DNA of 57,560 nt from a virus (Duplodnaviria; Caudoviricetes): positions 1 through 57,560 of the IMG/VR virus record IMGVR_UViG_3300027763_000005, one strand, 5' to 3'. Positions 9,608 through 20,063 of this stretch are shown here, one piece after another. A program made the position numbers and the translations under genes. The notes under the pieces were generated by a model. It did not search any database. It was not told where the DNA came from and was given only the letters and a program-made list of their open reading frames with translations. How positions within the stretch are numbered: position 1 is the stretch's first letter; each line of letters opens with the position of its first letter.

Positions 9608-10135
9608 ATGGACCTGTTGAAAACATTTGGACCCCTCCTTGGACAAGTTGCACCCACGATTGCGACTGCTCTTGGCGGACCATTAGCTGGAATGGCAGTT
9701 AAGACATTGTCCAACGTCCTCTTAGGCCACGAAAGCGGCACAGCAGAAGACGTAGCCACTGCCATCCAGTCAGCGACACCGGAGCAATTGTCCGAGATCA
9801 AGAAAATTGACGCCGATTTCAAAGTTCGCATGAAAGAACTAGACATTGACCTCGAACGCATCAGTTCCGGGGACCGCGACAGTGCTCGCAAGATGCAGAT
9901 GCAGACGAATGACTGGATACCCCGCATTCTCGCGCTGATCATCACGGTCGGTTTCTTTGGTATCCTTATCTGGATGCTCATCAATGGTATGCCTAAAAAT
10001 GGCACGGAAGCCCTCTTGATGATGCTTGGTGCGCTGGGGACGGCTTGGACGGGCGTGGTAAACTTCTATTATGGATCGTCGGCTGGCTCAAAGGCCAAAA
10101 CTGACGCAATGGCAGCAAGGTCGGGAGACAAGTGA
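9608..10135 (+). CDS. Holin-like protein (3TM holin type)
   Basis: APTIATALGGPLAG, DRDSAR, two C-terminal TM helices, and NFYYGSS. Directly upstream of the endolysin. Confidence 0.65.
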   Translation: MDLLKTFGPLLGQVAPTIATALGGPLAGMAVKTLSNVLLGHESGTAEDVATAIQSATPEQLSEIKKIDADFKVRMKELDIDLERISSGDRDSARKMQMQTNDWIPRILALIITVGFFGILIWMLINGMPKNGTEALLMMLGALGTAWTGVVNFYYGSSAGSKAKTDAMAARSGDK

Positions 10136-10728
10136 TGGACTTCACGGGCGCAGCACGGAAACTAGACCAGTCTGAAATTGATAGCATTGCCAAGGACTTA
10201 GGTGTTGAACCCGCAGCTTTCCGGGCGGTGATCGCTGTTGAGGCCGCTGGCTCTGGATTTGACAAGGCCGGTCGCCCAAAGGCTCTCTTTGAACGCCACC
10301 ACTTCTATAAACATTTAAAGGACGCTCCGGGTCTCCGTGCCAATGCAGAGGCTGAAGGGTTGGCTTATCAAAAATGGGGAACAAAACCGTACCCAAAGGG
10401 CTCAGATGCGGTTTACTCAGAAATTGAACGCGCTTGCGCTATCGATGAAGAGGCTGCTCTTTTGTCAACTTCGTGGGGTCTGGGTCAGATCATGGGGTCA
10501 AATTACAAGTTGGCTGGATGTGCGTCAGTCCGCGAAATGGTGTCTGAAGCTTGCGAGAGCGAGGCGGGACAGGTGCGCCAAATGGCGTCTTTCATTAAGA
10601 ATGCCGGTCTTCAAGACGAGCTTGCCTCAAAGAACTGGGCGGGTTTCGCAAAGGGCTATAACGGCCCTCAGTACGCCAAGAACCAGTATGATCAAAAACT
10701 GGCTTCAGCGTATGCTAAATTTGCTTAA
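10132..10728 (+). CDS. Endolysin, N-acetylmuramidase (DUF3380 type)
   Basis: AVIAVEAAGSGF...LFERHHF...STSWGLGQIMG.N...FAKGYNGP.Y..N.YD.KL. Confidence 0.9.
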   Translation: MMDFTGAARKLDQSEIDSIAKDLGVEPAAFRAVIAVEAAGSGFDKAGRPKALFERHHFYKHLKDAPGLRANAEAEGLAYQKWGTKPYPKGSDAVYSEIERACAIDEEAALLSTSWGLGQIMGSNYKLAGCASVREMVSEACESEAGQVRQMASFIKNAGLQDELASKNWAGFAKGYNGPQYAKNQYDQKLASAYAKFA

Positions 10729-10763
10729 ATGTGTTATAGGTCACAAAGACTGGAGTTACCGAT

Positions 10764-11981
10764 ATGACAACCCCTATGTCCTATGATGGCACTGTGGCTG
10801 GATCAACCAGCTACATTACGCAAATCGCGACAATGGCGGTTGTTGAGGAGACGGACCCGGCCTTCCTGACGATTCTACCGCAGATGATTTCCTACGCCGA
10901 AAACCGGATGTATCGTGACATTGACTTTATGTTCACCTCCACATCCCTGCACGGTGCCAGCTTTGTTTTGACTCCGGGAAATAGAAACCTGTCGTTCAAC
11001 ATCAATCTGTCCTCCAACAGTGACGCCGCTACGGGGACTTTTGTTGTCAGTGAGCAAATCAACCTGTTGACCGGTCCACCCGTTTTAAACGTGACAGGCG
11101 CTTCTGGGAACGGAACTAACGCCACCCTCACATACTCCAGCACTTATGTGTTCTCTGCCGGTCAAACAATCGTTGTCTCTGGGATGGTGCCTTCTGGGTA
11201 CAACGGTACCTACCTCGTGGTGAACTCGTCGGCTGGGTCTGTGTCATATGCCAGTACAACCACTGGCAGCATGACAACTGCTGGGACGATTGACGGAAGC
11301 AGCAACGCATCGACCACTAACGACCCAGATTTGTGCGCCCGAACCCCTCTCCTTCCCACAACGAAGGAGTTCCTTGACGCCGTTTACGGGTCCTCCTTTA
11401 CGGCTAACAGAGCCGCGCCAAAGTACTTCGTGCCGTTTAACGAGACTTTGTTTTTCGTCGGGCCAGTGCCGGATCAAGCATATCCCGTTGAGGTTGTGGG
11501 CACCTACAGACCGAACTCTCTCGGATATATGCCTGCGATCATTTCTGCGACGACTGGCGGAAATATCACATTCGCCTCGAACCACGGTCTGACAACTGGT
11601 CAGACCATCTGGCTGTCCAGCTTCTCGCCGACAGCATGGAATGGATCCTTCACTGTGACCGTGACTGGCCTCACGACGGTCACGGTCTCGACGTCAGCCA
11701 CGACGGCGACCACAGTTGGATCTGTGGCGAAGGGCGCATCGACAACCTTCATCAGCCTCTACCTGCCCGAGACCTTCATCATGGCCTCGATGATCTACGT
11801 CAGCGCCTACCAACGGAACTTTGGCCGCGCCAATGACGACCCGCAAATGGCCGTTTCATACGAAAGCCAGTATCAAGCTTTGCTGAAGAGTGCCGTTATT
11901 GAAGAGGCTCGCAAGAAGTTCGATTCTTCAGGTTGGTCTTCGCAGTCCCCAGCGACCATCGCAACACCATCGCGGGGCTAA
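10764..11981 (+). CDS. Tail adaptor-like structural protein with inserted beta-rich domains
   Basis: ISYAENRMYRD...PKYF...VGPVPDQAYPVE...YESQYQALL core, interrupted by two Thr/Ser-rich domains. Confidence 0.55.
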   Translation: MTTPMSYDGTVAGSTSYITQIATMAVVEETDPAFLTILPQMISYAENRMYRDIDFMFTSTSLHGASFVLTPGNRNLSFNINLSSNSDAATGTFVVSEQINLLTGPPVLNVTGASGNGTNATLTYSSTYVFSAGQTIVVSGMVPSGYNGTYLVVNSSAGSVSYASTTTGSMTTAGTIDGSSNASTTNDPDLCARTPLLPTTKEFLDAVYGSSFTANRAAPKYFVPFNETLFFVGPVPDQAYPVEVVGTYRPNSLGYMPAIISATTGGNITFASNHGLTTGQTIWLSSFSPTAWNGSFTVTVTGLTTVTVSTSATTATTVGSVAKGASTTFISLYLPETFIMASMIYVSAYQRNFGRANDDPQMAVSYESQYQALLKSAVIEEARKKFDSSGWSSQSPATIATPSRG

Positions 11982-11984
11982 CAC

Positions 11985-14060
11985 ATGCCACACAGCGCCT
12001 TTAAGATTCTTCCGGGGGTTGACCAGACGAAGACACCGGCTCTCAACGAGGCGGCTATCTCGGAAAGTCAGCTTATTCGTTTTGTCCCGGACAGGACTTT
12101 GGGCGGGTTAGTTCAGAAACTTGGTGGCTGGACAAAGTTTTATGCGAATACCATCGGCTCCATTGTTAGGTGCCTTTGGGCATGGGAAGATACAAATGGC
12201 AACTCTTATCTCGGCGTTGGGGCAGAAGGCGTCCCGGCTGGCGGCGGCGGCGCGCTTGAAGCTATTGTTTCTGGTGGCGCGGTTGACCTCACTCCTCAAA
12301 CAACTACGGTCAATGTTGCCTTAAAAGCAGAAACAGTTTCCGGTAGCAATGAAGTCACGATTACCGATGCGGGGCGTAACGCAAACGCATACACCGTCGT
12401 AGACATCCAGACGCAGATCAGCGTCGGCGGGCTAATTTTGTTTGGTCAGTACCAATGCTACAATCCCGGTGGTGCAGCAAACACTTATAAAATTCTTGCC
12501 ACAAATGTTTTGGGTGAGCCAGATTACGCAACGTCTACCACAACGGTAGCGCCCTTTGGCTTGGTTCCACAATTTGCCACAACAAGCTCATCCAGTTCGG
12601 TAACAGTCACGCTGGCTAACCACGATTATTTCCCCGGAGCTACCTTCCCGGTTCTTGTCGCAACGACTGTCGGCGGCATTACATTCTATGGAAATTACAC
12701 AGTCTTAAGTGTGACAACGAACACGTTTGTCATCACAGCCCAAAACAAAGCCTCATCGACAACAACTGGATACATGAACGGCGGCAACGCCCATTACGTC
12801 TACTATATCGGCATCGGCCCTCTTCCTGCGGGGACTGGATACGGCATCGGTGGGTATGGAAGAGGCAGTTATGGCACGGGTATACCGCCAATAGCTATCA
12901 CCGGTACTCCGATCAATGCCACAGATTGGACCTTGGACAACTGGGGCCAAATCCTCATCGCAAACCCCAAGGGCGATCCAATTTTCCAATGGGACCCTAC
13001 AAGTGGGAACCCAACAGCCCAGATCATTGTAAATGCACCGTCTACCAATCAGGGCGCGTTTGTTGCCATGCCGCAGCGTCAAATTGTGGCATGGGGCAGC
13101 ACCTTTACCGGCATATCGGACCCTCTTTTAATCCGTTGGTGCGATGTTGAGAACTATGACCAGTGGATTCCGGCGCTTACGAACCAAGCTGGGTCCTACC
13201 GCATTCCCAAGGGATCGCGCGTCATCCAGTGCATCCAAGCAGCCCAACAGGGACTTGTCTGGACAGACCTTGGTGTCTGGGCGATGCAGTACGTCGGACA
13301 GCCGTACATCTATCAATTCAATGAGTTAGGGACCGGATGCGGCCTAATCGGTGAGAAAGCTGCCACATCAATGGGCGGCATCGTTTATTGGATGGGCCAA
13401 AGCCAGTTTTATCGGATGAGCGGTAGCGGCCCGGAGCCAATCAGGTGTCCAATTTGGGATGTCATTTTCCAAGACCTTGATACGGCGCAATATGACAAAA
13501 TCCGAATTGCTGCCAACAGCCGGTTTGGCGAGATTTCTTGGTTCTACCCGACCAAGAGCAACGGCGGCGAGGTCAGCCATTATGTCAAATATAACGTAAT
13601 TCTTGATCAATGGGATTTCGGGTCGCTTGCCCGGACGGCATGGATCAATGAGTCGGTTCTTGGACCGCCTATTGGCGCGGATACGAGCACCTATATATAC
13701 CAACATGAAACATCGACGGACAGTGACGGCACTGCAATGACATCGTCATTCCAGACCGGATATTTTGTCCTGAACGAAGCAGACATGAAGATGTTTGTGG
13801 ACCAAGTTTGGCCGGATATGAAGTGGGGCTACTACGGTGGTGCCCAAGGAGCTAACGTCCTTCTGACATTCTATGTGACGGATTTTCCGGGCCAGACACC
13901 GAAACAATATGGTCCGTATACGCTGATTGAGGCCACAACTTACATCACCCCTCGTTTTCGGGGTCGCCTTGTGTCAATCAAGATTGAAAGCAACGACATC
14001 GGGTCATTTTGGCGTCTTGGGAATATCCGTTATCGCGTACAACCTGACGGGAAATACTGA
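11985..14060 (+). CDS. Tail nozzle / stabilization protein (tail tubular B or P22 gp10-like)
   Basis: 691-aa beta-propeller-like sequence: WTLDNWG, DPLLIRWCD.E, GCGLIG, C-terminal FWRLG..R....PDG. Confidence 0.7.
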   Translation: MPHSAFKILPGVDQTKTPALNEAAISESQLIRFVPDRTLGGLVQKLGGWTKFYANTIGSIVRCLWAWEDTNGNSYLGVGAEGVPAGGGGALEAIVSGGAVDLTPQTTTVNVALKAETVSGSNEVTITDAGRNANAYTVVDIQTQISVGGLILFGQYQCYNPGGAANTYKILATNVLGEPDYATSTTTVAPFGLVPQFATTSSSSSVTVTLANHDYFPGATFPVLVATTVGGITFYGNYTVLSVTTNTFVITAQNKASSTTTGYMNGGNAHYVYYIGIGPLPAGTGYGIGGYGRGSYGTGIPPIAITGTPINATDWTLDNWGQILIANPKGDPIFQWDPTSGNPTAQIIVNAPSTNQGAFVAMPQRQIVAWGSTFTGISDPLLIRWCDVENYDQWIPALTNQAGSYRIPKGSRVIQCIQAAQQGLVWTDLGVWAMQYVGQPYIYQFNELGTGCGLIGEKAATSMGGIVYWMGQSQFYRMSGSGPEPIRCPIWDVIFQDLDTAQYDKIRIAANSRFGEISWFYPTKSNGGEVSHYVKYNVILDQWDFGSLARTAWINESVLGPPIGADTSTYIYQHETSTDSDGTAMTSSFQTGYFVLNEADMKMFVDQVWPDMKWGYYGGAQGANVLLTFYVTDFPGQTPKQYGPYTLIEATTYITPRFRGRLVSIKIESNDIGSFWRLGNIRYRVQPDGKY

Positions 14061-14416
14061 TGGCTGCATCACTTGATGACATTCTTACCGCCCAAAAGAA
14101 CGGCGTCGTTGCCATCAATACGCTTGGTCAGGCAACCCTGCGTGGGCTTGGCACGGTCACATCAGCCACAGTCACCGCAGCAACGCTTGTGGTTACCGGC
14201 AAGGGCTACCTCGTGAATGTTTCTGTGGTGGTGGCGGGGAGCGCGTCTGGTCTGGTTTCCAACTACACGGCATCGACATCCGTGCCAGCGTCGTCTGCGC
14301 TTATGGCAACGCCAGCCACGGTTGGCATCTATCGATCCGGTCAAGTGTTCACAAGCGGACTTGTCATTACGCCCGGCACCGGGCAGTCCATCAATGTCAC
14401 TTACTCGTTGGGATAA
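14060..14416 (+). CDS. Small structural protein
   Basis: Beta-rich and translationally coupled to the upstream gene. Confidence 0.55.
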   Translation: MAASLDDILTAQKNGVVAINTLGQATLRGLGTVTSATVTAATLVVTGKGYLVNVSVVVAGSASGLVSNYTASTSVPASSALMATPATVGIYRSGQVFTSGLVITPGTGQSINVTYSLG

Positions 14417-14419
14417 GCC

Positions 14420-14986
14420 ATGCCACTCGCCAAAGGACATTCCCAAAAGGTTATCAGCGCCAACATTGGTGAACTGGTCCAGTCTGGCCGACCGCAAAAA
14501 CAGGCGATAGCAATTGCCCTGAGCGAGGCTAGGAAGCCCCGAAAGGCATTTGGCGGTTCTTTTGGCACGGCTAAGGTCGCTCCTCAGACTGCCAAAGTGA
14601 CACCACACGTTGGTCCGATTCACAGTCCGGTCGCCGGTCGCACTGACCATCTCCCCATGCACGTTCCGTCAGGAGCTTATGTCATCCCTGCTGACATTAT
14701 TTCCGCGATGGGCGAAGGGAACACGATGGCTGGGTTCAAGATCATGAACAATATCACAAACCAGTATGGCGGTACGCCAGCATCCTTTGCTGCCGGTGGG
14801 TATACCGGGGAGCTTGTACCAATTGTTGCTGCCGGTGGGGAATTTGTCATTTCTCCAGAAGTCGTGACAAGTATGGGAAATGGGAATATTGATAACGGCC
14901 ATGAGGAACTGGATGATTTTGTAAACAAAATGCGGGCGATGACGATCAAAACCCTGCAAAAGCTTCCGGGGCCAAAGCGTGACTAG
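14420..14986 (+). CDS. Virion-associated protein with duplicated G(A/E)(Y/F)VI(P/S) motif
   Basis: N-terminal PL.KG.SQKVIS.NI.ELV.SGRPQKQAIAIALS. Contains GRTDHLPMHVPSGAYVIPADII and VPIVAAGGEFVISPEVV. Confidence 0.6.
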   Translation: MPLAKGHSQKVISANIGELVQSGRPQKQAIAIALSEARKPRKAFGGSFGTAKVAPQTAKVTPHVGPIHSPVAGRTDHLPMHVPSGAYVIPADIISAMGEGNTMAGFKIMNNITNQYGGTPASFAAGGYTGELVPIVAAGGEFVISPEVVTSMGNGNIDNGHEELDDFVNKMRAMTIKTLQKLPGPKRD

Positions 14987-15000
14987 GAACAGGGGATACT

Positions 15001-15492
15001 ATGTCAGCACAGCCAGAAATTCGAATGGGAACACCAAGTGACGTACACAAGGTTATGGACCTTGCCATGTCAGCTTGCGACGAAAATGGGTTCGTAGCCC
15101 CAAATCCGGCACGGTTACTGAAGGAAATTTGGCCCGCACTCAATCTGGACAAGGGTCTGGTCGGCGTAATCGACGGCAAAGACGGGTCTTTGGAGGGCGC
15201 TGTCCTTCTCAGGATTGGTATTATGTGGTACAGTGATAGCCAAGTTCTTGAGGAGAAGGCGATTTTCATCCACCCTAACTTTCGAAGCGCAAAAGGGGGC
15301 CGGGCTAGGCATCTTTGTGAGTTTTCGAAGCAAGTGGCTGATACGCTTGAGATTCCTCTCATTATCGGGGTTTTGTCCAATCATCGGACAGAAGCCAAAG
15401 TTCGCTTATATGAACGTCAATTTGGAAAACCAAGCGGTGCGTTTTTCCTGTATAATGCTCGTACAGGATCGAACCGGGCGGCTGCGGAGTGA
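15001..15492 (+). CDS. GNAT-family acetyltransferase-like protein
   Basis: IFIHPNFRS..GGRARHL acetyl-CoA-loop-like motif and LYER. Placed just before the ejection genes. Confidence 0.65.
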   Translation: MSAQPEIRMGTPSDVHKVMDLAMSACDENGFVAPNPARLLKEIWPALNLDKGLVGVIDGKDGSLEGAVLLRIGIMWYSDSQVLEEKAIFIHPNFRSAKGGRARHLCEFSKQVADTLEIPLIIGVLSNHRTEAKVRLYERQFGKPSGAFFLYNARTGSNRAAAE

Positions 15493-15497
15493 ACTAA

Positions 15498-18400
15498 ATG
15501 AGCGGTGGCGGCAAGACAACTCAATCCACGCAGTCTGTCCAAATCCCACCAGAAGTTCTGGCTCGGTACAACGCGGTCAATGCGAGGGCTGAGACTGTTG
15601 CTCAGACTCCATTCCAGCAATATGGCGGAGAGTTTGTTGCGGGGCTGACCCCAACGCAGACTTCTGCCATTGGAGATATCAATAACTCATCGAACCTAGC
15701 CCAAGGATACTTTCAGGCTGGTACGGACCTGACGTTAGGTGGCATAAAAGATGTCGGCCCGTTAACCCAGCAGCAAATTCAGTATTACCAGAATCCATAC
15801 ACTCAAGCCGTTGTTGACCCGACGCTTAAAGCTCTCCAGCAGCAACAGGGCCAAGAGCGTTCAACCCAACAGTCTCAGGCTATTCGTGCCGGTGCCTTCG
15901 GTGGCGACCGCGTTGGTTTAGAGCGGGCAAATCTTGGTCGTCAGCAGGAACTTGCAACAGCACAGGCTATCGCTCCACTGTACCAACAAGGGTACAATCA
16001 GGCTGTTCAGACGGCAACTGGACAACAGGGCGTTGTGGCGTCCGATCTTGCCCGTAGATTGCAAGGTGGTCAGCAAATTGCGGCTCTTGGCACGGGTGCT
16101 CAGGGCGCGGCTCTCCAAGGCGCTCAGGCAAAACTGGCTGCCGGTACTGCGGAACAGCAAACAAACCAAGCCTTGGACACTGCCAAGTATCAACAATTCC
16201 TTCAGGAGCGTGGGTATCCGTACCAACAGGCTCAATTCCTTGCCAATATCGCGATGGGAACTGGTGCTCTTTCTGGTTCGACCACGACCACGACGCAGCC
16301 GGGTTCGATCTTCTCTGACGAACGCCTCAAAGACAACATTGAGCATGTCGGTGAGCTTTACGACGGCCAGCCGATCTATCGGTTCGATTACGGTGATGGC
16401 AGAACACAACTGGGTCTGATCGCGCAAAATGTGCTGGATCGGAAGCCGGAAGCTGTCGAGCAGGACCCCCAGAGTGGGTACCTCAAGGTTGACTATCGGA
16501 ATGCCACGGATGATTCGGCTGAAATGGCCCATCAGTCTATGGGCGGTGCGGTCAATGCTCCGGGTGAGTTCTCTCGTGGCGGGTATGCTGACGGCGGCGG
16601 GTTGGTCAGCGGTGAAGACCTTCGTGCCATTCTTGCAGCGCAGCAGCAGTCTTTTGGTCCGTTTGGACAGTCTGGCCTGTATGGGAGCAAGGGTGCCGGT
16701 GCCGGTACTCCGGGTGGGAGCGGGATCATCCCATCGGCAAACCTTCCCGTGCCAAAACTTGCCACTGCTGGCGGACTCCCGGCTCAACGTCAGTCTGACT
16801 TGGCGTCTGCTATTGGCACGGGTAAGGGCATTGCCGACATGTACAAGTTTGGCAAAGAGGCCAAGACTGACATTGGTAAGCTTTTTGAGAAGAAGCCAGA
16901 AGAAACCGCAAAAACTCCTGCCCCAGCAGCGACCACTGTGGCAAAGACCGAACCCGCCAAGGTTAACCCAGATGTACGGGCGGAAGGCGCAGTTAAGACC
17001 AGTTCTGACTTGTACGAGCCAAATGCGTTTGACAGCACTGGCGCGGGTTTTTACATCCCCGGAGAAGATTTCTATCGCGGCGGCTTGGTCCCACAAGGGT
17101 ATGCTCTTGGCGGAGACATCAATCCTTACGCACCCAGCAGCGACCCACTTGGTAGTGCCATCCAGAGCGGAGCACCAGCCAGTCATCAACTGATTAAGCC
17201 GGGTCAACTTCCTTCCCAAAGCACAACAATGGGAGACATCAAGGATGCTGCCGGGGTCGTTAACGCGGCCAAGGGCGTCAAGGATATGGGTAGCGCGGCG
17301 GGTGATATCGCTGGGAAGGCTACTGACTTCTTTTCTGCCATGTTTGCTCAGGGTGGCCTTGTGCCACGCGGTTATGCTGACGGCGGTGAAATCAACCCAT
17401 ATGCACCGAGTGCCGACCCGCTGGCGGATGTCCTTAAGGACGGTGATAAAGAGTACGAGATGATCAAACCCGGACAGCTTCCGGGCCAACAAAGCAGCAC
17501 GATGGGTGACATCAAGAATGCAGCCGGGGCCGCTAGTGCGGTAGCCAGTGCCGGTAGTGCCATCATGGAATTCCTGCCAATGCTCATGGCAATGTCAGAC
17601 GAGCGTGTCAAACATAACAAGGAACAGGTTGGCGAGCTTCACGACGGTCAGCCTATCTATCGTTACGACTTTGGCGATGGCAAAACCCAACTGGGGCTTC
17701 TGGCCCAGAACGTGGAAAGGACCCACCCTGAAGCAGTGGCGGAAGACCGTCGCGGCCTGAAGATGGTCGATTATCATCGTGCCACACAGGATGCGGCTAA
17801 CCAAAACAGCTACTACCAAGGTGGTCTGGTGCCGCGCGAGCACCATGACGGTGAGGACGGGAACGTCGTCGGTAGTTCTCCAGCTACGGTTGAAGCTGTC
17901 ATCCCTGATTATTCTGCGGAAGCTGACTTGCCAGCGGTTGGCGCGGTTGAGGCTTCTGCTCCGGTAAAAGTGGAACCGGGTCTTGTTGTTCCTGCCGAGG
18001 ACCGAGAAGCCGCACCACGGTACAAGATTGCACCTCAGAACAAAGAAGACATGCCCGCTCATCGCCAAGAGATGATCAATGCCATCTACGGCCCCGAAAG
18101 TGGTGGCCGTTATGACATTCGAAATGGCGGAGAGGAAACTTTTGACATCAACGGGCCACATCCGGGTCGGAAGCCCGCAAAGGGCGGAACGTCATCAGCT
18201 TCTGGCGCTGGTCAGTTTATATACGACACATGGAACCGCACCACTGGTGGCGCTCCTATGACAAAACCGTATCAAGATGCCGCAACTTGGGCTCTTGCGT
18301 CTAATGATTATAAAGCAAACACCGGTCGCGATTTAGATGAAGACCTTCAGAAAAACGGTGTCACACCAGAAATCAAAAGAGCCTTGTCCTCAACGTGGGC

Positions 18401-20063
18401 AGCTCTCAAAAAACCGGGTGTATCATCTGGTAATGCTGACCGTCCGGCAGAGGGTGCAAGCGAAGCTCAGTACCGCAATAAAGAGCCGGGTCTCTTTGAC
18501 TCGATTGGCGACAAACTGACATCTTCAAATTATGTGGTTCCTGCCCTGTCATTCATAGGGTCAATGCTGGCCTCCAAGAGTCCGTTTCTTGGCACGGCTA
18601 TCGGTGAAGGTATCCTCGGCGGTGTCGGTGGGTATACGGAAAACCGTAAACAGAACATGGAGATGGCTAAAAACATCTTTGATATCGTTAAGAATCAATA
18701 TGCTGAGAGCCTTGATGCCAACAACAATGTGGTGTTCCACAACAAGTTGACCGGCGCAAATGCTACCCCAGATCAGATTCGGTCCTCAACGGCCATTATG
18801 TTTAAGAAAATGGGCCTTGATCCAGAACAGTACGGATTGGGTCCAGTCTCGGATTCCCGCGTCGGCCCCCCTGTCACACAAAAACCCGGTCAGCAAACGG
18901 TTAAACCGGGTACGCAACCGCAGGGTACCGTGGAACCGACAACGGGGACAGAAAAGCCGGTAGAGCCCGGAAAGCAAAAGGAAGGCGCTGCAAGCACTGA
19001 GGGAACAAGTACCGGTGTCGTTGACTTGTCCACAATGAACTTGGGACAATTGCGCGACTATTATGCCAAGAACCCCAAAGAGGCTGGAATCAACGCGGCT
19101 GAGATTCAGCAAAAGATTGATTTCTTTAAGGATCGGTCTGCCAAACTGTCGTCAATGGGTAACTCTGCGGGGGCAACACAGGCTGACGCCCTTGCCCAGC
19201 AAGAACGGACCCGGCTGGATACCCTTCTTGACAAGGCGGCGGACTACCAAGGAGACATTAACAAGGAAACCAATCGTCAAGTTGTCGCTCAATCCGGCGA
19301 TTATTTGAAGGAAATTACAAAACGTAACGAGGGATACGCTTTACGTCGTGCAAACCTTGAACGGCTTGCTGACATTTATAGCCAGTATGCTGGTGGCCGT
19401 GCTGCTCCTGCAATGGCTGAACTTAATAGTTGGGGTAAAGGAATCTTTGGATCAAACTTTGCCAAATCAGCCGATGCTGGCAATTTTGACGAAGCAATGA
19501 AAATTGCAATGACAGAAGTTGTCAGTCAGATTGCTCAAGACAATCTCCTTCGTGCTCCAAAGGCCGGTATGGATACCTTGAAACAAACGGTAGCTGCGCC
19601 GACTCTTGATCCGGGAGCAACATATGCCCTAATCGGTAGGACGCTTGGCGAAATGGACTACATTCACCAACGTGATACTGCCTACACAGATAAACATTCT
19701 CGGATGTCCCCGGCTCAATTCCTTACGCAATATGATCGGAATAATGCACCGAACATCAAAACACACGTTGCTCAAGGATTGAACAGCATTCCCTCATTTA
19801 AGGACATGTCACCTGATATCAAACGTAGTCTGTATCAGACATACGGTGAGTATGGGTACGATCCTACGGGTGGTAAAAAGACTGGGGCTACTGCACCGGC
19901 AACCCCGGCCACTACGACTGCAAGACCAGCTTCGCCCGCAGCATCGAACGAGCCCGCAGCACCGGCAGCACCTGTTCAGGTAAAATCAGTTGAGGATGCC
20001 AAAAAGCTTCCCAGCGGCACCGTGTTCATTGATCCAAATGGCATTACTCGAAAGGTTCCATAA
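15498..20063 (+). CDS. Large internal virion/ejection protein with two peptidase S74 (ICD) domains and a lysozyme-like domain
   Basis: MSGGG start and Gln/Ala-rich N-terminus. SDERLK (aa 273) and SDERVK (aa 700), each followed by IYR...GL.AQ.V....PEAV.......VDY. AIYGPESGGRY...SSASGAGQF...TW lysozyme-like motif. Confidence 0.75.
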   Translation: MSGGGKTTQSTQSVQIPPEVLARYNAVNARAETVAQTPFQQYGGEFVAGLTPTQTSAIGDINNSSNLAQGYFQAGTDLTLGGIKDVGPLTQQQIQYYQNPYTQAVVDPTLKALQQQQGQERSTQQSQAIRAGAFGGDRVGLERANLGRQQELATAQAIAPLYQQGYNQAVQTATGQQGVVASDLARRLQGGQQIAALGTGAQGAALQGAQAKLAAGTAEQQTNQALDTAKYQQFLQERGYPYQQAQFLANIAMGTGALSGSTTTTTQPGSIFSDERLKDNIEHVGELYDGQPIYRFDYGDGRTQLGLIAQNVLDRKPEAVEQDPQSGYLKVDYRNATDDSAEMAHQSMGGAVNAPGEFSRGGYADGGGLVSGEDLRAILAAQQQSFGPFGQSGLYGSKGAGAGTPGGSGIIPSANLPVPKLATAGGLPAQRQSDLASAIGTGKGIADMYKFGKEAKTDIGKLFEKKPEETAKTPAPAATTVAKTEPAKVNPDVRAEGAVKTSSDLYEPNAFDSTGAGFYIPGEDFYRGGLVPQGYALGGDINPYAPSSDPLGSAIQSGAPASHQLIKPGQLPSQSTTMGDIKDAAGVVNAAKGVKDMGSAAGDIAGKATDFFSAMFAQGGLVPRGYADGGEINPYAPSADPLADVLKDGDKEYEMIKPGQLPGQQSSTMGDIKNAAGAASAVASAGSAIMEFLPMLMAMSDERVKHNKEQVGELHDGQPIYRYDFGDGKTQLGLLAQNVERTHPEAVAEDRRGLKMVDYHRATQDAANQNSYYQGGLVPREHHDGEDGNVVGSSPATVEAVIPDYSAEADLPAVGAVEASAPVKVEPGLVVPAEDREAAPRYKIAPQNKEDMPAHRQEMINAIYGPESGGRYDIRNGGEETFDINGPHPGRKPAKGGTSSASGAGQFIYDTWNRTTGGAPMTKPYQDAATWALASNDYKANTGRDLDEDLQKNGVTPEIKRALSSTWAALKKPGVSSGNADRPAEGASEAQYRNKEPGLFDSIGDKLTSSNYVVPALSFIGSMLASKSPFLGTAIGEGILGGVGGYTENRKQNMEMAKNIFDIVKNQYAESLDANNNVVFHNKLTGANATPDQIRSSTAIMFKKMGLDPEQYGLGPVSDSRVGPPVTQKPGQQTVKPGTQPQGTVEPTTGTEKPVEPGKQKEGAASTEGTSTGVVDLSTMNLGQLRDYYAKNPKEAGINAAEIQQKIDFFKDRSAKLSSMGNSAGATQADALAQQERTRLDTLLDKAADYQGDINKETNRQVVAQSGDYLKEITKRNEGYALRRANLERLADIYSQYAGGRAAPAMAELNSWGKGIFGSNFAKSADAGNFDEAMKIAMTEVVSQIAQDNLLRAPKAGMDTLKQTVAAPTLDPGATYALIGRTLGEMDYIHQRDTAYTDKHSRMSPAQFLTQYDRNNAPNIKTHVAQGLNSIPSFKDMSPDIKRSLYQTYGEYGYDPTGGKKTGATAPATPATTTARPASPAASNEPAAPAAPVQVKSVEDAKKLPSGTVFIDPNGITRKVP

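Noticed and set aside
15918-17492. 524-aa antisense ORF and other long shadow ORFs
   Set aside because: They lie opposite well-supported genes and show no recognisable motifs. Typical codon-bias shadows.
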